In this document: piece after piece, positions 51,003 to 63,569 of the stretch
Layout of the letters: each line of letters begins with the position of its first letter
How positions within the stretch are numbered: the stretch's first letter is position 1
NCBI GenBank assembly: GCA_030390025.1
Contig: JASTWF010000037.1
Span: 124,001-188,000, forward strand
Length of the DNA: 64,000 bases
Origin: Squalus acanthias
Lineage: Eukaryota
Direction of reading: 5' to 3'
Translations under genes and position numbers: made by a program
The notes under the pieces: model-generated
The model's input: only the letters and a program-made list of their open reading frames with translations
Told to the model about the DNA's origin: nothing
The model's database searches: none

Positions 51003-51793
51003 CAGGTAATATTCGCGCCACACAAGTGCCAGGCAATGACTATCTCCAACAAGCGAGAGTTTAACCACCACCCCATGACATTCAACGGCATTACCATCGC
51101 CGAATCCCCCACCATCAACACCCTGGGGGTCACCATTGACCAGAAACTTAACTGGACCAGCCACATAAATCTGAGGCAACAAGAGCAGGTCAGAGGCTGG
51201 GTATTCTGCGGCGAATGTCTCACCTCCTAACTCCCCAAAGCCTTTCCACCATCTACAAGGCACAAGTCAGGAGTGTGATGAAATACTCTCCACTTGCCTG
51301 GATGAGTGCAGCTCCAACAACACTCAAGAAGCTCAACACCATCCAGGACAAAGCAGCCCGCTTGATTGGCACCCCATCCACCACCTTAAACATTCACTCC
51401 CTCCACCACCGACGCACCGTGGCTGCAGTGTGCACCATCTACAAGATGCACTGCAGCAACTCTCCAAGGCTTCTTCGGCAGCACCTCCCAAACCCGCGAC
51501 CTGTTTCACCTAGAAGGACAAGGGCAGCAGGCGCATGGGAACACCACCACCTCCAGGTTCCCCTCCAAGTCGCACACCATCCTGACTTGGAAATATATCG
51601 GTCGATCCTTCATCGTCGCTGGGTCAAAATCCTGGAACTCCCTCCCTAACGGCACTGTGGGAGTACCTTCACCACACGGACTGTAGCGGTTCAAGAAGGC
51701 GGCTCACCACCACCTTCTCGAGGGGCAACTAGGGATGGGCAATAAATGCCGGCCTTGCCAGAGACGCCCACATCCCATGAACGAATAAAAAAA
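51003..51793 (+). mobile_element. RTEX-like LINE 3' end
   Basis: ORF2 end plus tail CCCATGAACGAATAAAAAAAA. Confidence 0.85.
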
Positions 51794-52484
51794 ATGTCGA
51801 GACTGCATTTTCCGCATTAGATGGGTAACATTGGCCGATTAGGAATTGGAGTTTAAAATAAGAAGTCTACGAGCGGCTTAGGTCGTGCATGGTCTGTTGG
51901 AAGGAGAAGGCACCATGGGATGGCTGCCCCGTTTCCCCATTGTGTGCTTCCCATCTTCTAACCTATTTTTCTTTATCTCCTCCCCCCCCCACCCCTTTGA
52001 AACTCAAGCCACAACCAAGGCCTAGTGTGTAACCTAGGCAACGGCTACATCCAGGCACCCTCACGCAAGTTGGACGTTAGCCACTCAGTCGCCCACGGCG
52101 GAATTATCGGCATCCTCGTGGAAGATGCCACCATTTTCTTTTTGACCGCATGGCGGAGGACGGGGCAGGAGTTGGCTTTTTGACCGCATGGCGGAGGACA
52201 GGGCAGGAGTTGACTTTTGAGACCTGGGGGTTGACTTTTGCTCCTGATGACAATTCACGAAAAATCTCAAGAACGACTGCCTCCAATTGAGGGAGGAAAT
52301 GGACACCTGTTTTATAAAATGGGCTCTTGGTGTTTGATTTATATATCATTTAAAATCTTGGTAAGATGCACATTCCCCATCTTCAAGCCTTACTTCCGGT
52401 TGTTGCGATTCGTGGTCACGGTGTTCGGTCACCATTTCAATTTGGCTATGTCAACATCTTCCGTATCAACTGTCACATTGCAGT

Positions 52485-52502
52485 TGGCCACCAGGGGGCT
52501 CT
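52485..52502 (+). promoter_or_regulatory. Candidate CTCF site
   Basis: TGGCCACCAGGGGGCTCT, a near-consensus CTCF core in unique sequence. Confidence 0.5.
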
Positions 52503-53240
52503 GAATCATAGAATAGATCATAGAATAGAATCATAGAATGGTTACAGTACAGCAGGAGGCCATTCGGCCCGTCGAGCCCGTGCCGGCTCTCTGCGAGTCC
52601 CACTCCCCCGCCCTTTCCCCGTAGCCTTGCAAATTTTTTTTCTTCAGGTCCTTATCCAATTCCCTTTTGAAAGCCACGATTGAATCTGCCTCCACCACCC
52701 TCTCAGGCAGTGCATTCCAGATCCTAACCACTCGCTGCGTAAAGAAGTTTTCCCTTATGTTACCTTTGGTTCTTCTGTCAATCACCTTAAATCTGTGTCC
52801 TCTGGTTCTCGACCCCTCTGCCAATGGGAACAGTTTCTCTCTATCTACTCTGTCCAGACCCCTCATGATTTTGAACACCTCTATCAAATCTCCTCTCAAC
52901 CTTCTCTGCTCTGAGGAGAACAACCCCAGCTTCTCCAGTCCATCCACGTAACTGAAGTCCCTCATCCCTGGAACCATTCTCGTAAATCTTTTCTCTAAGG
53001 CCTTCACATCCTTCCTAAAGTGCGGTGCCCAGAATTGGACACAATACTCCAGTTGAGGCCAAACCAGTGTTTTATAAAGGTTCATCATAGTTTCCACGCT
53101 TTTGTACACTGTGCCTCTATTTATTTCCATTAAAAAAAAGTAAACATTTTAAAGTTTATACAGACTGCATTTGACACATTAGACCCCCTGTGACCCCACC
53201 TCATTGTCTTAGTTGTATCTTGCTATGTCTTTGATATAAT

Positions 53241-53983
53241 GGGCCGAAAATTGATCCCGGGACGCGAGAGTACGCACTGCGTACTCTCGCGTATTCCCAC
53301 TCCAATTGCCGGTTTTCTGCATGCCCTGCGCATGCGCTGAAAACCGGCAATTGCTCTTCTGAAAAGGGGGCGGGGCCTGGGTGCATCGCGTGCGCGCTAC
53401 AGGCTGCGCGCATGCTGTGCACTTCATGCTGTGGACGCGCAGGTAAGTAGGGAAGATTTTGGAAATGTAAAAAGGAGGAGTAAGACCCGCTTTTAAGAAG
53501 GTAAGTAGTGAATTAAATATTTTTTTGAATTTTTTTTTACAGGTATATCTTTTTTAGAGACTTTAAAGACAGGTAAGTTTATTTTTATAACTTTTTAAAA
53601 GATTTTAAATTTTTTCAAAAATTTTATTTTTTATTTAAAATGGTTAATTTAATTAACTATACTTATTTTATTAATGTGATGGGTTTTTTTTAAATTTAAT
53701 TGAGGTTTAGCTGTTATTTTGGGGGGGTGTAAGATTCATAGATTTCACAGCCATGCTGTGAGACTTATGAATGGAAGATGGTGTGCTGCCATTGGCTCTA
53801 ACTGAGTCACGTGATCCCACAGCTCGCACGAATTCACTACGCCGCTGGGATACGCAAGCCCAGCACAGCTGATGTCTGGAACATCAAGTTCGTGCGAGCT
53901 GGATCTGAAAAAGCATAAGCGAGGTGAGACATCGCGGGGAAGGCTTACCCCCGCGGGAACAGAGCGAGATCAATTTCTGGGCC
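53241..53983. mobile_element. Harbinger-like MITE (second family)
   Basis: Imperfect TIR GGGCCGAAAATTGATC / GATCAATTTCTGGGCC (13/16); TSD AAT. The empty site is visible in the paralogous pLTR at about 42390 (GATGTAATGCCTTCC). Confidence 0.8.
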
Positions 53984-54125
53984 AATGCCTTCCTGACCTG
54001 ATTGTTTCTCTGCCGAGGTGTGATGAAAGGCAGTCAGAAAGATTAACTGTAGTCGTCTGACATTGTACGCTACACAGGCATTGTTCTCTGTCTATATATG
54101 CTTTGCCGATTCGTATTCCTTCACT

Positions 54126-54163
54126 TCACCTGACGAAGGGGCAGCAGCTCCGAAAGCTTGTGA
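54126..54163 (+). ncRNA. Minimal type-I hammerhead ribozyme motif (PLE family B)
   Basis: tcac-CTGACGA-a-ggggc-agca-gctcc-GAAA-gc-TT-gtga; palindromic AAGCTT. Confidence 0.78.
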
Positions 54164-54599
54164 TTTCAAATAAAACTGTTGGGACTATAACCTGGTGTTG
54201 TGCGACTTCTAACTTTTCTCTATTTATGAAGCCCAGGATCCAGTAAGCTTTTTTAACCGCTTTCTCAACCTGCCCTGCCACCTTCAACGATTTGTGCACA
54301 GATACCCCCCCAGGACTCTCTGTTCACGCACCCGCTTTAGATTGTACCCTTTCGTTCGTTCATATTTCCTCTCGACCAAAATGTATCGCTTTGCACTTTT
54401 CGGCGTTAAATTTCGTCCGCCACGCGTCCGCCCGTTCCACCAGCCTGTCTGCGTCCTCTTGAAGTCCAGTTCCCCCAACATCTCTCTTCCGACTGGCTGC
54501 GGGAACTCTTGAGGAACCTCTCCCCGCACCTCTTAACCCACGCCATTCCCCAATCCCCACTGGTTGGACAAGGCAAGGTCACACCAGGCCCCCGGTGAT

Positions 54600-55443
54600 G
54601 CCGTTTCCAAACTGAGATGAGGAGAAACTTCTTCACTCAGAGGGTGGTGGTAAATCTATGGAATTTGCTACCTCAGAGAGCTGTGGAAGCTGCGACATTA
54701 AATAAATTTAAAACGGAGATAGACAGTTTCCCAGCTGATAAGGGGAATTAAGGGTTATGGGGAGCGGGCAGGGAAGTGGACGTGAGTCGAGGTTCGGATC
54801 AGCCATGATCCTATTGAATGGCGGAGCAGGCCCGAAGGGTCGTATAAGAACATAAGAACATAAGAAATAGGAGCAGGAGTAGGCCAATCGGCCCCTCGAG
54901 CCTGCTCCACCATTCAATAAGATCATGGCTGATCTGATCCTAACCTCAAATCTAAAGAATACAAGAAGTAGGAGCAGGCCAACTCAGCCCCTGGGCCCGC
55001 TCCGCCACCCACAGGGCCTTGACCGATCCGAACTCAGCCTCATGTCCAATTTCCTGCCCGCTCCCCGTAACCCCTAATTCCCTTTACCTCTAGGAAACTG
55101 TCTATTTCTGTTTTAAATTTATTTAATGATGTAGCTTCCACAGCTTCCTGGGGCAGCAAATTCCACAGACCTACTACCCTCTGAGTGAAGAAGTTTCTCC
55201 TCATCTCAGTTTTGAAAGAGCAGCCCCTTATTCTAAGATTATGCCCCCTAGTTCTAGTTTCACCCATCCTTGGGAACATCCTTACCGCATCCACCCGATC
55301 AAGCCCGTTCACAATCTTAGATGTTTCAATAAGATCGCCTCTCATTCTTCTGAACTCCAATGAGTAGAGTCCCAACCTACTCAACCTCTCCTCATATGTC
55401 CACCCTATGGTGTATGGCCTACTCCTGCTCCTTATGTTCTTAT
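54600..55443. mobile_element. Cluster of CR1 3' fragments in both orientations
   Basis: Plus-strand piece 54600-54842; minus-strand pieces 54846-55405. Confidence 0.8.
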
Positions 55444-57616
55444 GTACAGCATGAGGACAGGTGAAACAACTGGACATTGCAACTGGAAATGCAGACACAA
55501 AAATTCACCCGCTTGATTACAATGAAGGAGTTCTGAACCTTGCTCCATTTATATGAGAAGAGATAAATTAGAAAATAAATAATTGAATGACTGTACAAGC
55601 TTGTCACATACAATGTTCGTTTTTGCACCCACAATCATTAAAACTGTACTCAATAAAATTGTTTCATAATTACAGGCTACATACGATGCTTTTTTTTTGA
55701 GATACTACTAGATATAGTATGGTGGATTCTTAAAAATTATTCTGATTATTATCGTTTCAGACGGGGTTGCTTAGCAACAGAACCAGGACCAAACCTGTTG
55801 GCCAACTAAAGTGTATCTCTGGGTGAACAGTGCAAAAAAGATTGATTGGTTCTGACCAGGACGGAGAGGGGCGGTGGGCGAGGGGGTCTCCAGGTGCAAG
55901 GACCCTGCCTTCACCCCCCCAACTCCGCACCCCCCCACCGCCCGCCCTTGCCCCCAAATGAAGACGAAGGTTCTGCGATCACTTCCAGTAAGACGCATTG
56001 TTTCCCTATCGCTCCCCGCTGTCCGTACGCCATTATTTGATGTGCCCCTCAGCTCCGGATGGTCACCAGTGCGTTGGTTTTTTTCCGCACCGCCCCCCCC
56101 CCCTCCCCCCCCCTCGGTGTCTGGATTTCGACCTTTGCCGTGAATTTCCAGAACTAGCCGCCATTTGGAAAATTGCTGCCGTTTTACGCCAAAAAGGGAA
56201 AAAAAACCAGCGGAGTCGATAGACGCGATGGTGCGTGAGCCTGTGACTCGCGTCGATCAGCTAGACCCGCTGCGGTCGCCAACTGAAGGAGGAACCCCTG
56301 ATGCCTTTGGGGAGACGGGGGGGTGGGGGTTAATGTTGGGGTACCAAGAAGGGAGAGGGGAGGGAGAGCTCTGACCTCTGACCTAGAAGTACTTGATGTG
56401 GACATAAAGAGCAAAGGAAAAAAGTTCTGCTTCTTGCCAGAGAGACCCCGGGTCTCAGTAAGTATTGACATGTAAATACATTTTATATACACAGGGCTAT
56501 ATATTAAATAATGCAGTCATCTTTGGTTGGTGCAGGTGTGTAATATTGGAGCAGTGGAGCCTGGTATGACAGAGAGGTGAACGTGAGTTCTTTGCACCCC
56601 CGCCCCCCCCACCAACATTTCACTGAGATCCCAATCTTGTCCTAGCATCAGGTCTGGGCCTTGGAGCCTCCCCTCCTCCCCCCCCTCGCAGTACGGGACA
56701 CCCCAAGGGAGCCCAGTGGCCTCGATAACTCTTGTGTACCCACGGTGGCCTTCTACACAACTGGAGTGGTGAGGTCTAAAGATTGGTGTGTGTCCCCTCC
56801 CGCCCCGGCCTCGAGAGAGAGGCCTGCTTGAGGAGACCTGGAAGAAGTCTCAGTGTGGGCGCTGGAGTCGCGGGGGCCTGCAAGGCCTCGGGCTCAATCC
56901 TGCTGCACAGTTAGCCGACGCCAGCCTGGTATTCAGGGGGGGGGGGGCGGGGCTGGGTGGTGCTGCAATTGGCTCTCGGCCTATATGGATTAGGAAGTGG
57001 GGGGGGCGGGCTGGGGGGGGCGGGGGTTGAAACCTCATCCTGATCCTCCTCGCTATCTGTTGACCCCCTTGGCTGGAAAGTACAGGCGAGCGGAAGCCGG
57101 GGAGTGGGTTTGGTTGCGATGCCCCGCGCAGTCGAAGAGCCGGCTGTCACTCGCATGTAAAAGATTGGCCGCTTGAGTGAGGTAGTTGAGGGCATCAGGT
57201 AACCATGGAACCGCCCATCCGTCCAGCAGGAGTCAGCGGGGCTGGGGGGTGGGGCTGGTAGGGGGAAAATTCTCCATAATCTGGAAAAATACCAACAGAA
57301 TGTGTCAAATCGATTCTTTTTAAAAAAAATAGATTTGAAGTTGTACATCTTGGGTTAAACAGGAATAAATCATTGGGTGGCCACCAGCAATTGGTCCTGT
57401 TCTGTTTGAGTTGCCGTTATCACAGGATCACAGGTAAATGAGCCCCTGTGTACTGGAGCAGGTGGGCTTGGAGTGAGAGGGAAATCAGCCCGGGTCCAGC
57501 CCTTAAAGGCTGCGGTTGCTGGAGATGTTCCACACTGTACGTCTGACCCCGAGGACAGAACGCTTTCAGCTTTTTTTTGGAATATTTTCTCATACACCTC
57601 GACTACAATTTAGCTG

Positions 57617-58988
57617 CACAGACAGAGAGAGACAGACACACTTAGTCAGACAGAGAGAGACAGACACAGGGAGCCAGACGCAGACAGAGAGAGAGACAGA
57701 CACACTGAGTCAGACAGAGAGAGAGAGACAGGCACACTGAGTCAGACAGACAGAGAGAGAGACACAGGGAGTCAGATAGAGAGAGAGAGACAGACATACG
57801 GAGTCAGACAGAGAGAGAGACAGACACAGGGAGTCAGACAGAGAGAGAGAGACACACAGGGAGTCAGATAGAGAGAGAGAGACAGACACACGGAGTCAGA
57901 CAGAGAGAGAGACAGACACACGGAGTCAGACAGAGAGAGAGAGAGAGACAGACACACGGAGTCAGACAGAGAGAGAGACAGACACACTGAGTCAGACAGA
58001 GAGAGAGACACACACGGAGTCAGACAGAGAGATAGACAGACACAGGGAGTCAGATAGAGAGAGAGAGACAGACACACGGAGTCAGACAGAGAGAGAGACA
58101 GACACACGGAGTCAGACAGAGAGAGAGACAGACACACGGAGTCAGACAGAGAGAGAGACAGACACAGGGAGTCAGATAGAGAGAGAGAGACAGACACACT
58201 TAGTCAGACAGAGAGAGAGACAGACACAGGGAGTCAGACAGAGAGAGAGACAGACACACGGAGTCAGACAGAGAGAGAGACAGACACAGGGAGCCAGACG
58301 CAGACAGAGCGAGAGACAGACACACGGAGTCAGACAGAGAGAGAGACAGACACACGGAGTCAGACAGAGAGAGAGACAGACACACGGAGTCAGACAGAGA
58401 GAGAGACAGACACACTTAGTCAGACAGAGAGAGAGACAGACACAGGGAGTCAGATAGAGAGAGAGCGAGACAGACACATGGAGTCAGACAGAGAGAGAGA
58501 CAGACACACGGAGTCAGACACAGAGAGACAGACACACTTAGTCAGACAGAGAGAGACAGACACAGGGAGCCAGACGCAGACAGAGAGAGAGACAGACACA
58601 CGGAGTCAGACAGAGAGAGAGAGACAGACACACTGAGTCAGACAGAGAGAGAGACAGACACACGGAGTCAGAGAGAGAGACAGACACACTTAGTCAGACA
58701 GAGAGAGACAGACACAGGGAGCCAGACGCAGACAGAGTGAGAGACAGACACACGGAGTCAGACAGAGAGAGAGACAGACACACGGAGTCAGACAGAGAGA
58801 GAGACAGACACACGGAGTCAGACAGAGAGAGAGACAGACACACTTAGTCAGACGCAGACAGAGAGAGACAGGCATGCACACACAGACAAACAGACACACA
58901 CAAACAGAGAGACACGCACACACACAGACACGCACGCACAGACAGAAACACACAGACAGAGACAGACACAGACACACACACACACAGC
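57617..58988. repeat. GA/CA compound minisatellite (about 28-30 bp unit GAGTCAGACA(GA)nCAGACACACG)
   Basis: Seen directly. Confidence 0.9.
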
Positions 58989-59500
58989 CACAGGTCAGAT
59001 TCCTCAGTCACAGGCCCCTCAGACTGTGCGTGGTACCAGAGAGGGAGGGGAGGGTGTGTGTGTGCAGGGGAGGGGATGAGGAGAGGTGTGTGGACCCTAC
59101 CCTTACCCAAAGTCAGCTCACACTCACACTCTCCAGCGATGGGGAGGGTAGGTCACAGGATAGCGATCAGGACAGGCCGGCCAGGCTGCGTTATTCCTCA
59201 CCTTGATCGGGAGGTACTGAGGCCAACTGTAGCATTTCCCACAAACCCCCCCCCAATTAATTATTAGGCCATAGGGGAGACTTCGTGCAAACACTAGAGG
59301 CAACTGTGTCTGGGAACAAGATATAACTGAATGACATGGTAAACTTTGACCTGCGCCCCCAGACCATGCACCCGCCAAAACAGATCCCTTCGCTGGACCT
59401 GGACAACTCTTCTCAGCAACTTTTATTCCGTTGAAATTTTGTTTCATTTCTTTTGGAGAAAGGAGCTGCTCTTTCTCAGAACAGATTGTTAGATCAGCCT

Positions 59501-59995
59501 CAAACACTCCCAGGGCAGGTACAGCACGGGTTAGATACAGAGTAAAGCTCCCTCGACACTGCCCCATCAAACACTCCCAGGGCAGGTACAGCACGGGTTA
59601 GATACAGAGTAAAGCTCCCTCTACACTGTCCCATCAAACACTCCCAGGGCAGATACAGCACGGGTTAGATACAGAGTAAAGCTCCCTCTACACTGTCCCA
59701 TCAAACACTCCCAGGGCAGGTACAGCACGGGTTAGATACAGAGTAAAGCTCCCTCTACACTGTCCCATCAAACACTCCCAGGGCAGGTACAGCACGGGTT
59801 AGATACAGAGTAAAGCTCCCTCTACACTGTCCCCATCAAACACTCCCAGGGCAGGTAGAGCACGGGTTAGATACAGAGTAAAGCTCCCTCTACACTGTCC
59901 CATCAAACACTCCCAGGGCAGGTACAGCACGGGTTAGATACAGAGTAAAGCTCCCTCTACACTGTCCCATCAAACACTCCCAGGGCAGGTACAGC
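59501..59995 (-). repeat. 67-bp satellite array (reverse), about 7 copies
   Basis: Same unit. Confidence 0.95.
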
Positions 59996-61296
59996 CACTG
60001 CTGACCTTGTGCTTCTAACCATCATTGAAATACCCTCTCCAGTGGGGGAGCTGAATATAAGATGGAACCTTCTCTATCCCAGGGGCCGTTCCCCTTATTG
60101 CGAGCTCCCAGGCTCGTACCACACAGAGCTGAGCCTGACACTGAGTGCCTTTAACCCTGGAGAGGGGCATTCTCATTGATTTGAAGGAAATCGAAGGGAG
60201 ATGGATTAATTCAAGACTCATCTGTCTCTATCGCTCTCTTTCCCATGAAGTCACAATGGTGCAGCCCCTGGTCTATTCCTTCCTCCTCAAAGCCCTGACC
60301 TCCCAGTCACTCCTCCCTTTGTTGATACTTGCTCCCCTTCGCCCTGGGCCTTGAGTTTGGCGGCCCTCGCATGATTCGTGCTCCTGTTTTGAACCGGACT
60401 TGCCCGAACCATCTCTCTTAGCCAGAGGCCGGGGGGGGGGGGGGGCGGCGGGAGTGCTGGGCCTAGTACTTGGGGACAATGTGGAGGGAAGCTATCTTTG
60501 GCGACCGGGTTATGAATTAGGGTGTGAAGATGTTTGAATTGCTTTACCCTTCTGTGGTGGTGTGGGGGTGGGAGGGGGCAAAGTGAGACCATTGGAGAGG
60601 GTTTTCCTTAGATTGAGTGGGTTGGGCAAGGAGACAACGATGGATCGTCCCTGGTGGAGGGGCTGGGCTTGTTCTTTCCTCTGTCTGTTCCTACTTTGCT
60701 TGGGTTGGCGGGGGCGGGGGGGGGGGACACACGGACGTCAGTGAACAGTTAAATGAGAATACATTCTCCCCAGGCTCTGTGCCCCATCATGCTTTGAGCC
60801 AAAAGAAAAGCAACATGTTCAACGCCAAGTGCCGGCCAATACCCTCCTGTGTCCTCTGTGGGTGGCCGCAGCCCGCCTGCCCTCGGACGCCTGCTTGTAA
60901 GGCAACGGCTGCGTTCTCCCCGTCGGCGATTGGCCAGCTCCGTGTCACATGACGCAGGGTTCATGACCTCGGGCCACAATGCCGTCCTGTTGGAGATCAG
61001 GTTGTCCATGTTTGTTGGTGTGTGGGTGTGTGTGGTGTTCAAGGCTCAGGCTGGTTAAGCACAGACAGGGTGGGGGTTTGGGAGGAGAAAGGTTGGGTGG
61101 GGAGTTGGAGTTGGTGCGGCTTTCCCGGGCAAATTACAGTCCGGGCTTCCCGAGCCCAGCTGAGAGCCTACGCGCCTAGGCCCGAGGTCTGGCCCGTGGA
61201 GTTCAAAGGTTACGCTAGGGGGCACGACCTTTCCCTTTTGCTCCGGTTGTGGAGGGTGGGGTGAGGGGTGAGGGGTGAGGTGGGGAATGGGCACCG

Positions 61297-61563
<267 letters not shown>

Positions 61564-61737
61564 TCAATGGCGGCCGCGTTTCCTACATTACAACAGTGAC
61601 TACACTTCAGAAGCACTTCATTGGCTGTGAGGTGTTTGAGATGTCCTGAGGCGGAGTTGGTCTCTCTCCGCCCCTCAGTCCCACTCTCTGCTTGATTTTC
61701 TCGCCCTATCTCTGCCCGTGCTGATCATTCAATTCCC

Positions 61738-63184
61738 TCACTCCCTGTCCCTCAGCCTCCCTGTCCCTGTCTCTCTGCCCCTGTCCCTCACTCTTTCTCT
61801 CTCTCACTCTCCCTGTCCCTGTGTCTGTCTCTTTCTCTGTGTGTGTGTGTCTCTCTCTCTCTGTTTGTCTGTCTCTCTTTGTCTCTATCTGTGACACTCC
61901 CTCTGTCACTCTTTCTGTCTCTCACTCTCTCTGTCTCTCTCTCCCTGTATCTGTCTGTCTCTTGCTCTCTGTCTGTCTGTCTGTCTGTCTCTGTCTTTGT
62001 CTCTATCTGTAACACTCCCTCTGTCACTCACTCTCTGTCCCTCACTCTACGTCCCTGTCTCTCTGTCTGTGTCACTCTCTCTGTCACTCTCTCTGTCTCT
62101 CTGTCACTCTCTCTGTCTATCTGTCTCTGTCTCTCTGTTGTCTGTCTGTCTCTCTCCCTCTATGTCTGTCTGTCTCTCTCCCTCTATGTCTGTCTGTCTC
62201 TCTCCCTCTATGTCTGTCTGTCTCTCTCCCTCTATGTCTGTCTGTCTCTCTCCCTCGATGTCTGTCTGTCTGTCTCTCTGTGTCTCTGTCTGTCACCCTC
62301 TATGTCTCTCACTCTCTCTGTCCCTGCCTCTCTCTGTTGTCTGTCTGTCTCTCCCTCTATGTCTGTCTGTCTGTCTCTGTGTCTGTGTCTCTGTCTGTGT
62401 CATTCTCTCTCTGTTGTCTGTCTGTCTCTCTCCCTCTATGTCTGTCTGTCTCTCTCTGTGTCTGTGTCTCTGTCTGTGTCACTCTCTGCCTCTCTCTCTC
62501 TGTTGTCTGTCTGTCTGTCTCTCTGTCTGTCTGTCTCTGTGTCTGTGTGTTTCTGTCACTCTCTCTCTGTTGTCTGTCTGTCTGTCTCTCTGTCTGTGTG
62601 TCTCTGTGTCTGTGTCACTCTCTGTCACTCTCTCTCTGTTGTCTGTCTGTCTCTCTCCCTCTATGTCTGTCTTTCCGTCTCTCTCTGTGTCTGTGCTCTG
62701 TCTGTGTCACTCTCTCTGTTACCCTCTCTGTCTCTCACTCTCTCTGTCTCTCTCTGTGTCTCTGTCTGTGTCACTCTCTCTCTGTCTGTCTGTCTCTCTG
62801 TCTGTCTGTCTCTGTCTGTGTCACTCTCTCTCTGTCTGTCTGTCTCTCTGTCTGTCTGTCTCTGTCTGTGTCACTCTGTCACTCTCTCTCTCTCTGTCTG
62901 TCTCTCTGTCTGTCTCTGTCTGTGTCACTCTCTGTCACTCTCTCTCTGTCTCTGTCTGTGTCACTCTCTGTCACTCTCTCTCTGTCTGTCTGTCTCTCTG
63001 TCTGTCTGTCTCTCTGTCTGTGTCACTCTCTGTCACTCTCTCTCTGTTGTCTGTCTGTCTGTCACTCTGTCACTCTCTCTCTGTGTCTGTGTCACTCTCT
63101 GTCACTCTCTCTCTGTTGTCTGTCTGTCTGTCACTCTGTCACTCTCTCTCTGTGTCTGTGTCACTCTCTGTCACTCTCTCTCTC
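61738..63184. repeat. CT/GT-rich microsatellite filling most of the last NYAP1 intron
   Basis: (CT)n/(CTGT)n mosaic; the 567-, 429- and 327-aa ORFs are artefacts. Confidence 0.92.
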
Positions 63185-63217
63185 AGCCTCGGAGACTGGG
63201 AGTTGGGCCCTTTGTAC

Positions 63218-63327
63218 CTGGCTCGGGCTGTCTCGGGATTGGCTGCACTGTCGCTGCAGGTGAGCCAGGGGCTGTCGCACACCTGAGGTGGAGGCGGAGC
63301 GGCCGAGGCGATGGCCGAGGGCAGAGT
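63218..63327 (-). CDS. NYAP1: NYAP1 penultimate coding exon (110 bp, phase 1 in, phase 0 out)
   Basis: Acceptor ctctctcttggtttgcag|AC, donor CAG|gtacaa. Reads (D)SALGHRLGRSASTSGVRQPLAHLQRQCSQSRDSPSQ, containing the NYAP-family LGRSASTSGV motif, and joins in frame to the terminal exon. Confidence 0.9.
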
Positions 63328-63569
63328 CTGCAAACCAAGAGAGAGGAGAAAGGATTACCCAGAGACTCCGACACCGAGGACAGTGGAGAATTCAACGTTA
63401 CCATGGTAACTTGGAGCTACGGAACGCACAGAATAAGAACAAACCCTGGGGAGGGCAGAGTCCATGTTAAGAGTGGATTTTGTTTTTTATTCATTCTCGA
63501 GATGTGGGCATCGCTGGCGAGACCGGCATTTATTGCCCATCCCTAGCTGCCCTGATAATAGTTTGATAC

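Larger units (their letters stand above)
53125..54217 (+). mobile_element. PLE family B pseudo-LTR, 10-bp TSD, split by a MITE
   Basis: Homologous to 42280-42587. TSD CTCTATTTAT at 53115-53124 and 54218-54227. Confidence 0.82.
52505..54500 (-). mobile_element. CR1 fragment hosting a nested PLE pseudo-LTR and MITE
   Basis: ORF 52531-53130 is a CR1 ORF2 end; CR1 sequence resumes at about 54218. Confidence 0.85.
55445..61296 (-). other. Probable NYAP1 3' UTR / downstream region; end not defined
   Basis: Lies directly after the stop codon. Largely unique non-coding sequence with U-rich stretches on the minus strand, interrupted by satellites. I found no clear minus-strand AATAAA, so the extent is uncertain. 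Confidence 0.35.

Noticed and set aside
49349..51793. Opposed RTEX-like fragments as one twin-primed (5'-inverted) insertion
   Set aside because: The geometry is suggestive, but the ~80-bp overlap differs at several positions, older L2, MITE and unique DNA lie between, and no TSD was found.
1..55000. Exons of the expected syntenic neighbour AGFG2 or other genes
   Set aside because: I translated several unique islands (19.6-19.9, 31.2-31.6, 38.5-38.9, 45.4-45.7 and 52.1-52.3 kb) and recognised no ArfGAP or other protein motif. Small exons cannot be excluded.
61843..63546. 567-, 429- and 327-aa plus-strand ORFs
   Set aside because: CT microsatellite translations, antisense to the real NYAP1 exons.
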